A DNA stretch of 64,000 nucleotides from Candidatus Latescibacterota bacterium (GTDB lineage: Bacteria; Latescibacterota; UBA2968; UBA8231). Under the pieces are notes generated by a model. The model worked only from the letters and a program-made list of their open reading frames with translations, was not told the origin of the DNA and made no database searches. Where the stretch lies: contig OZ252098.1 of assembly GCA_965248355.1 (NCBI GenBank), positions 1,184,001 through 1,248,000 of the forward strand, written 5' to 3'. The stretch's first letter is position 1. Each line of letters starts with the position of its first letter. The position numbers and the translations under genes were made by a program. Shown here piece after piece: positions 16,852 through 24,839 of the stretch.

Positions 16852-19800
16852 TCAGGCCGCGGCGGCGGCCGGGTGGAAGTCGCGGCGAATCCATACGAGG
16901 ATGCAGGCGTTGGCGATGCTCAGCCCCGCCAGCACCAGTTGCAGCGTCGGCTCGGGGACGACGACGAAGGCCAGCCCGGCGTTGGCGGCCAGGGTCGCCA
17001 GGGCCGGCAGCCAGGCCCGGGAATCTCGCTTGTAGAGGCCGTAGCTCAGCCCCCAGCAGAGCAGGCCCAGGACCACGCAGCCCTCGCCGCGCCAGAGGCT
17101 GGCCTCGCCGAGTCCGATGACGCCGAGGATGTAGTACCAGGTCCCCAGGGCCAGGAAGTTGTAGACCAGCCAGCTCACGAAGCCGCTGACATGGGTCCCG
17201 TAGCCGCGGCGCAGCATGATGACAAAGCCGGAGAGGGCCACGGCGAAGGGCAGGACGAAGACGGAGATCCAGAGGATCACGCTGCCCGCCGTGCCCACGA
17301 GGTTGATCGGGTTGAAGCGCGGCTGCTTCGGCGGGATCGTGAGGCTGCCCTCCCCCTCGGCGAGCCAGCGGACCGCGGCGGCCATGAGCTCGCCGTTGGC
17401 CTGTTGTCCGAAGTACTGGTTTCGGGCGAAATCGGCATCTCCGAAGACCACGATCCTCGTCTCGTCGCCCTCCGCCGCCGAGTCGGCCTCGGCGCTGACC
17501 GCCACCGCCAGGGACAGGGGACCGGGCCGGTCGGTCTCCGGATCGAAATCGATCGATCCTCCTTCCTCGCCCGACAGCACGGCCAGGTCGGACTCCCCCC
17601 AGGCGTTGCGGTCGGTGAAGGCGAGGGCCTCCACCCCGAAGCCGCCCGAGGCGGCGCTGACCGAGCGCGCCATGGGGAAGTAGCTCATCTGGCCGCGGAC
17701 GGCGCCCTCGGTGATCGGGTGGTCGCCGTAGCGCAGGACCACCGGCACCGAGACGTCGGTGCCGAGGAGCTGCCCGAGGCCGCTCAGGTCGACGACGAAG
17801 TCATGGCCGATGTCGATGTCGTACTCGTCGAGCAGGAGGTCCTCCAGACCGCTGTCCGGGACCGGGTCGACCAGCAGCAGCAGGTCGCCTCCCCGCTCCA
17901 GGAACCGGCGCACGCCCTCCACCTCCGCCGCGCTCAGCGGACTCTGCGGCCCCAGGACGGCCAGCACCTGCACCAGGGTCAGATCCTCCGTACCGGGACG
18001 CACGGCGTCCCGGATCTGCAGGTTCATCTCCTTCAGCCGCCCGTTGAGGATGCTGAAGCCCTCGCCGTCGACGTCGGTGAGCCCACCCTCCCCATGGCCC
18101 CCGACGAAGCCGATGACGCGCTCGTCGGCCGCCAGGGCCCGGCGGATGGCGTTGCTCAGAGCTTCCTCGCTCTGCTCGGTGAAGCGCTCGGTGACCACCT
18201 TGCCGGCGCCCGTGACCTCGACGATGGAGGTGCCCCGTTCGCGGATGCCGTACCGCCGCACCAGGAGGGCGTCCTTCTGGGGGTCGACGGTCTCGAAGTC
18301 GAAGCGGCGGGAGCGGTATCCGTACTCCTCGGCGATCTCCTGGAAGCGCCCGCCCTCCATGTCCGACATGAAGGTGCGGACCTGGATGTACTTGCCCGTG
18401 TCGCCGGCCTCTCGCAGCAGCTCCAGGCTCTCGGGGGCCAGGGTGAACAGCTCGTCCTCGGTCAGGTCGATGCGCCAGTGGTAGCGGTCGCCGAGGTAGT
18501 TCAGCAGGACGAGAACACCCAGGGAAAGGACCACGCCCAGACCGGCGGCGGCCAGGTCGCGCAGGCTCCAGCGGCCGGACCGGGAGACGACGACGAAGCC
18601 GGCCAGGGCGATCGCCGCCGGGTACAGGATCACGGTGATCCAGAAGATCCATTCCGATTGCGTATCGGTCAGGGCGATGGGGTTGAAGCCCGGCGCCTTG
18701 GGACGGATGGAGATCAGGGCCTCGTCCTCGGCCAGCCAGCTCACCGCGTTCAGGGCCAGGTCTCCGTTGCCCTGGGAGTCGAAGTAGCGGTTGCTCGCGA
18801 AGTCGGCGTCGCCGAAGACCACGAGCCGGCCCCCCGAGGCGGTGTCGGCCACCGCCGCACCGACGCCGACGGGTCCGCGCCGGTCGGCCTCGTCGAGGCG
18901 GACGGTGCGCTCGCCCCCCGCGCCTTCGCCCAGCACGGACAGGTCGGTCTCCGCCCAGCTCTCCGAGCTGGTCCGGGCCAGGACCGCGGCGCTGGACCCG
19001 TTGGCGGTTACCACGGAGGAATCGAGAGCGACCGAGCGGGCCAGCTCGTAGAAGGTCATGACCCCGCCGCGGTGGCGCCGGGCGATGGGGTGGACGTCGT
19101 CGTAGGTGGTGACCACGGGGATGGTGAAGTCGAGGCCGAAGAGAGATCCGATACCGCTGGTATCGATGACGAAGTCGTCGCCGGTGACCACGCCCCACTC
19201 CCCCGCCAGGGCCTCGAGACCGGTCTCCTGCAGGGCGTCGGCCAGCAGCAGCACGGAGCCGCCGCTGTCCAGGTAGCGGCGGACGGCGTCGACCTCGTGG
19301 TCCAGGAAGGGCGACCGGGGGCCGGCTATGATCAGCACGCGGCAGTCCCCGGGGACCCGGGCCTCCCGCGCCAGGAACAGGGAATCGCTCACCACGTAGT
19401 CGATCTCCCGGAGGCGCTCGGCCAGCCGCCCCAGGTCCGACTCGAGGCTGCCGCTGCCCCGCTCGCCGTGGCCGACGGTGAAGTAGACCCGATCCCGCCG
19501 GTCCCGGAGGACCTTCAGCATGGCGTTGGTGATCTCCTTCTCCGTCAGCTCGGTGAGGCTCAGCCGCTCGTCGCCGGCGGCCACCACCAGGGTGTTGTAG
19601 GCGCGCACCCCGTACTCCTGGGTCCGCACCGGATCGCGGTCGGGATCGACGAATTCGAAGTCGAAACGCCCGCCGCCGTGCACGGCGTACTGCTCCAGCA
19701 GCCCGCGCAGCTCCTCGTCCTCGCCCCCTTCCATGAAGGCCAGGGCCTCCACTTCCTTCTCCAGCGCCTCCAGGCTCTCCACGGTCAGGGGCGCCAGGCT

Positions 19801-20091
19801 GTGCAGCCCCCCTTCGGTCAGGTCGAGCCGCTGCGGATAACGGTCGGCGAGGAAGTTCACCATCCCGAGGATGGCCAGCACCAGGAGGCCTCCCCAGAAG
19901 GCGTTGAGCCAGCGACCGTACCGGCGGAACAGCTCGGGGTCGAGCACCGCCGAGGCGGCCACCAGAAGCGCCCCGAGGGCGGCGTTGGCCGCGGGCAGCC
20001 AGGTGGCCTCGGGCTCGAGGAGCATGGCCAGCCCGGCGGCGGCGAGAAGAGCCGCTCCGGCCAGGCTGGCGAAGGTCGAATAGGCCTTCAT
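16852..20091 (-). CDS. GldG-like ABC transporter auxiliary protein with two tandem GldG modules and extra C-terminal TMs (1079 aa)
   Basis: ATG 20091 overlaps permease stop (ATGA). Two copies of DLT....LAP, GHGE, VVFGDADF..N.YF....NG.L....V.WLA. Confidence 0.85.
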   Translation of the reverse strand: MKAYSTFASLAGAALLAAAGLAMLLEPEATWLPAANAALGALLVAASAVLDPELFRRYGRWLNAFWGGLLVLAILGMVNFLADRYPQRLDLTEGGLHSLAPLTVESLEALEKEVEALAFMEGGEDEELRGLLEQYAVHGGGRFDFEFVDPDRDPVRTQEYGVRAYNTLVVAAGDERLSLTELTEKEITNAMLKVLRDRRDRVYFTVGHGERGSGSLESDLGRLAERLREIDYVVSDSLFLAREARVPGDCRVLIIAGPRSPFLDHEVDAVRRYLDSGGSVLLLADALQETGLEALAGEWGVVTGDDFVIDTSGIGSLFGLDFTIPVVTTYDDVHPIARRHRGGVMTFYELARSVALDSSVVTANGSSAAVLARTSSESWAETDLSVLGEGAGGERTVRLDEADRRGPVGVGAAVADTASGGRLVVFGDADFASNRYFDSQGNGDLALNAVSWLAEDEALISIRPKAPGFNPIALTDTQSEWIFWITVILYPAAIALAGFVVVSRSGRWSLRDLAAAGLGVVLSLGVLVLLNYLGDRYHWRIDLTEDELFTLAPESLELLREAGDTGKYIQVRTFMSDMEGGRFQEIAEEYGYRSRRFDFETVDPQKDALLVRRYGIRERGTSIVEVTGAGKVVTERFTEQSEEALSNAIRRALAADERVIGFVGGHGEGGLTDVDGEGFSILNGRLKEMNLQIRDAVRPGTEDLTLVQVLAVLGPQSPLSAAEVEGVRRFLERGGDLLLLVDPVPDSGLEDLLLDEYDIDIGHDFVVDLSGLGQLLGTDVSVPVVLRYGDHPITEGAVRGQMSYFPMARSVSAASGGFGVEALAFTDRNAWGESDLAVLSGEEGGSIDFDPETDRPGPLSLAVAVSAEADSAAEGDETRIVVFGDADFARNQYFGQQANGELMAAAVRWLAEGEGSLTIPPKQPRFNPINLVGTAGSVILWISVFVLPFAVALSGFVIMLRRGYGTHVSGFVSWLVYNFLALGTWYYILGVIGLGEASLWRGEGCVVLGLLCWGLSYGLYKRDSRAWLPALATLAANAGLAFVVVPEPTLQLVLAGLSIANACILVWIRRDFHPAAAAA

Positions 20092-20870
20092 CGGCGCCAG
20101 CGCCTCGACTCGAGGACGCGCGTGGTGAGGAACAGGCAGAAGAAGATGAAACTCAGGTAGAAGAGAACGTCGGCGGTGTCGATGACGCCGCGCTGGAAGT
20201 CCTGCAGGTGCTGGATGATCGACAGGTAGGAGAGCAGCTTGGCCGCCGTGGGACCGGCGAAGCTCGCCGACCAGTCGATCAGCCACAGGAGCAGCAGCGC
20301 TCCGAAGGAGAGCAGCACGGCGACGATCTGGTTCTCCGTGAGGGACGAGGCCAGGACGCCGACGGCGACGAAGGTGCCTCCGAGGAGCAGGTAGCCGAGA
20401 TAGGCGGAGCCGATGGGCCCCCAGTCCGGGTCGCCGTAGACCTCGAGGATGAGGCAGAAGACGAGGGTCAGGGCGACGATGATGGTGTAGAGGGTGAGGG
20501 CCGCGAAGAACTTGCCGAGCAGGACCTGCACCGTCGAGATGGGTGAGGTCATGAGCAGCTCGATGGTGCCGCTCTTCTTCTCCTCCGCGAAGAGCCGCAT
20601 GGTCAGCATGGGCACCACGAGGAGCCAGATGAAGTCCATGACCGCGAAGAACTGGGTGACCACCATCTCGTTGAGGTTCAGGCTGGGCATGGCCCCCTGC
20701 ATGAACTGCTGGCGCTGACTGAACTGAAGGCACCAGAAGTTGAACTGCATCAGGATGTTGCGGAACAGGTACCCGGACAGGAACAGGAAGACGCCGGCGA
20801 TCACGTAGGCCACGGGCGAGACGAAATAGGAGCGCAGCTCCTTGGTGTACATGGCGAGGAAGTTGCGCAT
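20088..20870 (-). CDS. ABC-2 permease, GldF-like
   Basis: KELRSYFVSPVAY, PMLTMRLFAEEKKSGTIELLMTSP, LGKF, SSLTENQIVA, FQRGVID. Confidence 0.92.
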   Translation of the reverse strand: MRNFLAMYTKELRSYFVSPVAYVIAGVFLFLSGYLFRNILMQFNFWCLQFSQRQQFMQGAMPSLNLNEMVVTQFFAVMDFIWLLVVPMLTMRLFAEEKKSGTIELLMTSPISTVQVLLGKFFAALTLYTIIVALTLVFCLILEVYGDPDWGPIGSAYLGYLLLGGTFVAVGVLASSLTENQIVAVLLSFGALLLLWLIDWSASFAGPTAAKLLSYLSIIQHLQDFQRGVIDTADVLFYLSFIFFCLFLTTRVLESRRWRR

Positions 20871-21832
20871 CACTGGACCTCTTCGGCTTCGGAGGTGAGA
20901 CGCAGGAAGATGTCTTCCAGGGTCATGTCGAGGCTGCGCAGCTCGCGCAGGCCGTAACCGCCGTCGACGACCGCCTTGGCCAGGGGATCGCGCAGGTCCT
21001 GCCCCGGAGCGGCGGTCACCACGTAGGCCCCTTCGTCGGCAGGGCCCTCGGGGCCCTCCGCGCCGGTCTCCTCCTTGGCCTCGAGCACGCCCGGCAGCCC
21101 CCGAAGCAGGCCGAGGACGTCCTCCCGGGGCCCGGCCACGCGGGCCCGCAGCAGCTCGCCCTCTTTCAACTGCTCCGTCAGGCTCTCCGGCGATCCCTGG
21201 CCGACGATGCGGCCCTTGTCGATGATGACCACCTGCTCACAGGTCATGGACACCTCCGGCAGGATGTGGGTGGAGAGCACGATCGTATGCTCCCCCCGCA
21301 GCGACTTGATCATCTCGCGGATCTCGATGATCTGCTTGGGGTCGAGGCCCACCGTCGGCTCGTCCAGGATCAGCACGCTCGGGTTGTGCACCAGGGCCTG
21401 GGCCAGGCCCACGCGCTGGCGGTAGCCCTTGGAGAGATGGCCGATCAGGCTGCGCCGCACGTGGGCGACGCCCGTCTTCTCCATGGTCTCGTCGATGCGG
21501 GAGGACATGACCGCCGAGGGCACGCCCTTGATGCGGGCCACGAAGCCGAGGTAGGCCTCCACGGTCATGTCGCTGTAGAGGGGCGGCAACTCGGGCAGGT
21601 ACCCGATCCGCCGCCGCACCTCCATCGACTCCTCGGTGACGTCGAAGCCGTCGACGGTCGCCGTCCCCGAGGAGGGAGGCAGATAGCAGGTGACGATGCG
21701 CATGGTCGTCGTCTTGCCCGCCCCGTTGGGGCCGAGAAAGCCCATGATTTTCCCGGTCTCGGCGCGGAAGGTGACGTTGTCGATGGCCGTCACCTCCCCG
21801 TAGTGCTTGGACAGCTCGCGAACTTCGATCAC
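20870..21832 (-). CDS. ABC transporter ATP-binding protein, GldA-like
   Basis: GPNGAGKTT, LSKGYRQRVGLAQA, LDEPTVGLDPKQI, STHILPEV, TLEDIFLRLT. Confidence 0.93.
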   Translation of the reverse strand: MIEVRELSKHYGEVTAIDNVTFRAETGKIMGFLGPNGAGKTTTMRIVTCYLPPSSGTATVDGFDVTEESMEVRRRIGYLPELPPLYSDMTVEAYLGFVARIKGVPSAVMSSRIDETMEKTGVAHVRRSLIGHLSKGYRQRVGLAQALVHNPSVLILDEPTVGLDPKQIIEIREMIKSLRGEHTIVLSTHILPEVSMTCEQVVIIDKGRIVGQGSPESLTEQLKEGELLRARVAGPREDVLGLLRGLPGVLEAKEETGAEGPEGPADEGAYVVTAAPGQDLRDPLAKAVVDGGYGLRELRSLDMTLEDIFLRLTSEAEEVQ

Positions 21833-21846
21833 GGATATGGCTCCCT

Positions 21847-22725
21847 TCAGTTGCGGCTCATGCGGCCCTGGAAGAAACGGGCCAGCGGTTTCACGTGGTC
21901 CCGGGTGGCGTCGATGCGGATCTCGTCGACGCCGAGCCTGCGAAAGGCGTGGGTGCGCTGCCGGGCGGCCTCCCGGCGCAGCGCGGCGAAGCGGTCGCGG
22001 GCCTCGGCGTGACCGCTGTCGACGATCAGCTGCTCGCCGGTCTCCGCGTCCCGCAGGGTGACGAAGCCCACGTCGGGCAGCTCCATCTCCCGGGGGTCCT
22101 CCACGGTCACGGCGATCACGTCGTGGCGCCGGGCGGCGCGCTGCATGGCGCGCTCGTAGCCGGTGTCGAGGAAGTCGGAGATGACGAAAACCACCGCGTG
22201 CCGGGATATGACCCGGTCGAGGGTCTCCAGGGCGGTGGCGATCGAGGTGCCCCGGCCACGGGGGCGGTGGTAGAGCAACTCGCGGATGACGCGCAGCACG
22301 TGGCGGCGGCCCTTCTTGGGGGGCACGAAGACCTCCACGGCGTCGGTGAAGATCAGCAGGCCGGCCCGGTCGTTGTTGCGGATCGCCGAGAAGGCCAGCA
22401 GAGCGGAGATCTCCACCGAGACCTCGCCCTTCATCCGGGGGCCCGAGCCGAAAGCGCCGGAAGCGCTGGCGTCGACCACGAGAAGGACGGTCAGCTCGCG
22501 CTCCTCGTCGAAGACCTTCACGAAGGGCTTGCCTCCGGCGCGGGCGGTCACGTTCCAGTCGATGGTGCGCACGTCGTCCCCCGGCTGGTACTCCCTCACC
22601 TCGGCGAACTGCATCCCGTGACCCTTGAAGACGGAGTGATACTCGCCGGCGAAGAGGTCGCTCACCAGGCGGCCGGCCTGGATCTCGATGCGGTGAACCT
22701 TGTCGAGGATCTCCTTGGGGACCAT
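21847..22725 (-). CDS. DUF58 domain protein (VWA-like)
   Basis: GEYHSVFKGHGMQFAEVREYQPGDDVRTIDWNVTAR, EERELT, DASAS, ISDF. Confidence 0.93.
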   Translation of the reverse strand: MVPKEILDKVHRIEIQAGRLVSDLFAGEYHSVFKGHGMQFAEVREYQPGDDVRTIDWNVTARAGGKPFVKVFDEERELTVLLVVDASASGAFGSGPRMKGEVSVEISALLAFSAIRNNDRAGLLIFTDAVEVFVPPKKGRRHVLRVIRELLYHRPRGRGTSIATALETLDRVISRHAVVFVISDFLDTGYERAMQRAARRHDVIAVTVEDPREMELPDVGFVTLRDAETGEQLIVDSGHAEARDRFAALRREAARQRTHAFRRLGVDEIRIDATRDHVKPLARFFQGRMSRN

Positions 22726-22729
22726 GGCC

Positions 22730-23725
22730 TCAGGGCACCTCGACGTGATCGAAGAGCTGTTCCACGATGCGGTCGGAGTCGATCTGTTCGGCCTCGGCCT
22801 CGTAACTGGTGGCCACGCGATGGCGCAGCACGTCGGGGCCGACGGCCTTCACATCCTCGGGGGTCACGTAGCCGCGGCGCCGGATGAAGGCGTGGGCCCG
22901 GGCGGCGCGGGCCAGGAACAGCGTCGCCCTCGGCGAGGCGCCGTACTCGATGAGGGGCGCGAGCTCCTCGAGGCCGGCCGCGCCCGGCTCTCGGGTGGTC
23001 TGCACCAGATCGACGATGTAGTCCTTGATCTTGTCGTCCATGTAGACCAGGCGGATCGATTCGCGCAACCGCAGAATGTCGTCCAGACCGGCTACCGCCT
23101 CGATGGGAATCTCGCGGTCCTCCATCATGCGCTCGAGGATCTGCCTCTCCTCGTCGCGAGCCGGGTAGTCCACACGGACCTTGAGCATGAAGCGATCGAT
23201 CTGCGCTTCGGGCAGGGGATAGGTCCCCTCCTGCTCGATCGGGTTCTGGGTGGCCATGACCAGGAACGGATCGTCGAGGGCGTAGCTCTCGTCCCCGATC
23301 GTCACCTGGCGTTCCTGCATGGCTTCGAGCAGCGCGCTCTGCACCTTGGCCGGGGCGCGGTTGATCTCGTCGGCGAGGATGAGGTTGGCGAAGATGGGCC
23401 CCTTGCGGGCCACGAACTCGCCCGAGTGCTGCTGGTAGATCAGCGTGCCCGTGAGATCCGCCGGGAGCAGATCGGGTGTGAACTGGATGCGGTTGAAGCG
23501 GCCTCGAATGATGCGCGCCAGACTGCTGACCGTCAGGGTCTTGGCCAGGCCCGGCACGCCTTCGAGCAGGATGTGCCCGCCGCACAGGAAGCCGATGAAG
23601 ATCCGCTCCACCATCTGCCGCTGGCCGACGATGACGCGGTCCATCTCGGCCAGGATGCGGCCCAGGAGCAGACTCTCCTCCTCGATGCGCGCCGTGAGGG
23701 CGCCGATGTCCGGGTTGGCCTGCAC
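22730..23725 (-). CDS. moxR: MoxR family AAA+ ATPase
   Basis: HILLEGVPGLAKT, RIQFTPDLLPAD, DEINRAPAKVQSALLEAM, ATQNPIEQEGTYPLPEAQIDRF, GASPRA. Confidence 0.96.
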   Translation of the reverse strand: MQANPDIGALTARIEEESLLLGRILAEMDRVIVGQRQMVERIFIGFLCGGHILLEGVPGLAKTLTVSSLARIIRGRFNRIQFTPDLLPADLTGTLIYQQHSGEFVARKGPIFANLILADEINRAPAKVQSALLEAMQERQVTIGDESYALDDPFLVMATQNPIEQEGTYPLPEAQIDRFMLKVRVDYPARDEERQILERMMEDREIPIEAVAGLDDILRLRESIRLVYMDDKIKDYIVDLVQTTREPGAAGLEELAPLIEYGASPRATLFLARAARAHAFIRRRGYVTPEDVKAVGPDVLRHRVATSYEAEAEQIDSDRIVEQLFDHVEVP

Positions 23726-23790
23726 GGAATCTCAGCACCCTCCCCGGGCGGTCGTGGTCTCGAGCGGTGTCATTTCCCCGTCGTGAGAAC

Positions 23791-24315
23791 TCAAGGCGAG
23801 GCGGTGCTGTCCCCTTCCTGGAAGCTCACCCATTCCTCCGGAGGGCGTCCCACGTGGGGCAGCAGTTGACGGGCGTTGGCAGCCAGCTCGGAGCTCGGAT
23901 AGTTGTCGATGACGGCCTGGTAGGCGGCGCGCGCGGCATCGAGGTCGCCGAGATGCTCCTCGAGGATGAAGGCGATCATGAACTGCGACTCATCGGCCTC
24001 GTCGCTGTCGGGATACTCGGCCAGGATGCGCTCGTACTGGGCCAGGGCGCCCATCATGTCGCCGCCCTGCTGGCGCAGAATGGCCAGCTGCTTCAACGCC
24101 TGAGGCCGGCCCCCATCCTCCGGGTGGACCTGCAGGTAGGCTTCGAGAAGCTCGACCGCCGCGGACGCTTGGGTCGAGTCCCGCGCCGCCGCCCGGGCCG
24201 CCTGGAGGGCTTCGTCCAACTGTTGATCGGCCGAGGGCCCGCTGCATCCGGCCCCGACCCACAGCATGGCGGCCCCGATCATCGGGGGGATCCTGGCGGC
24301 CCATTGGCTGCTCAT
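23791..24315 (-). CDS. TPR lipoprotein (CpoB/BamD-like repeats)
   Basis: ATG 24315; lipobox-like VGAGC; TPRs ending YPDSDEAD and YPSSELAANA. Confidence 0.75.
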   Translation of the reverse strand: MSSQWAARIPPMIGAAMLWVGAGCSGPSADQQLDEALQAARAAARDSTQASAAVELLEAYLQVHPEDGGRPQALKQLAILRQQGGDMMGALAQYERILAEYPDSDEADESQFMIAFILEEHLGDLDAARAAYQAVIDNYPSSELAANARQLLPHVGRPPEEWVSFQEGDSTASP

Positions 24316-24415
24316 CTCACTGCACACCTGCTGTCTCTCCGGTCTGGCGCGGCTGGCACCAACGACCCTCACATCGAGAAAAAGACGCCCCGAGTGGCCG
24401 CCGGTTCCCTCGCCT

Positions 24416-24742
24416 TCAACTGTCTTCCGACTTGGAGGAGGCCGGCTTCCTGGCCGAGTCGCCTTTGCCGCCCTCGCCCGACTTGGAGGACGCAGGCTTC
24501 GAGTCGGGCGTGTCGGCCTTGGCCGCCTTCTTGTAGTTGTCGCTCCGGTAGTCGGTGATGTAGAACCCGGAGCCCTTGAACAGCAGGCCCCCACCGGTCC
24601 CGATCAGCCGGCGCACCCGGCCCCGGCCCGAGCCCTCCGGGCATTCGCTCCGGGGACATCTCTCCAGCGGCTCGGCGGTGATTCTCTGGAGCGCCTCGAA
24701 CTGGTGTCCGCACGTCTTGCATTCATATTCGTAGGTCGGCAT
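24416..24742 (-). CDS. FmdB family zinc-ribbon protein
   Basis: MPTYEYECKTCGHQFE...CPRSEC...FKGSGFYITDY plus K/S-rich tail. Confidence 0.92.
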   Translation of the reverse strand: MPTYEYECKTCGHQFEALQRITAEPLERCPRSECPEGSGRGRVRRLIGTGGGLLFKGSGFYITDYRSDNYKKAAKADTPDSKPASSKSGEGGKGDSARKPASSKSEDS

Positions 24743-24782
24743 GTGACATCTTCCCGGTGCTGCGCGGCCGAGGGAAACTAGA

Positions 24783-24811
24783 ATACTACGCAGGTATGTT
24801 GGAATGGGCAA
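24783..24811 (-). promoter_or_regulatory. Candidate promoter for fmdB-TPR-moxR-gld-bat unit
   Basis: Minus strand TTGCCC (24811-24806), 17 nt, TAGTAT (24788-24783) in an AT-richer gap. Confidence 0.5.
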
Positions 24812-24839
24812 CGCCTGCACCCGCCCTGCGGACCCGTCC

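Noticed and set aside
16801..20160. Very long plus-strand ORFs (also 3339..5735, 7115..9964, 13010..15487, 24804..26975, 48795..51008, 54882..56873)
   Set aside because: Antisense shadows of well-supported minus-strand genes, expected in GC-rich DNA; no recognisable motifs.
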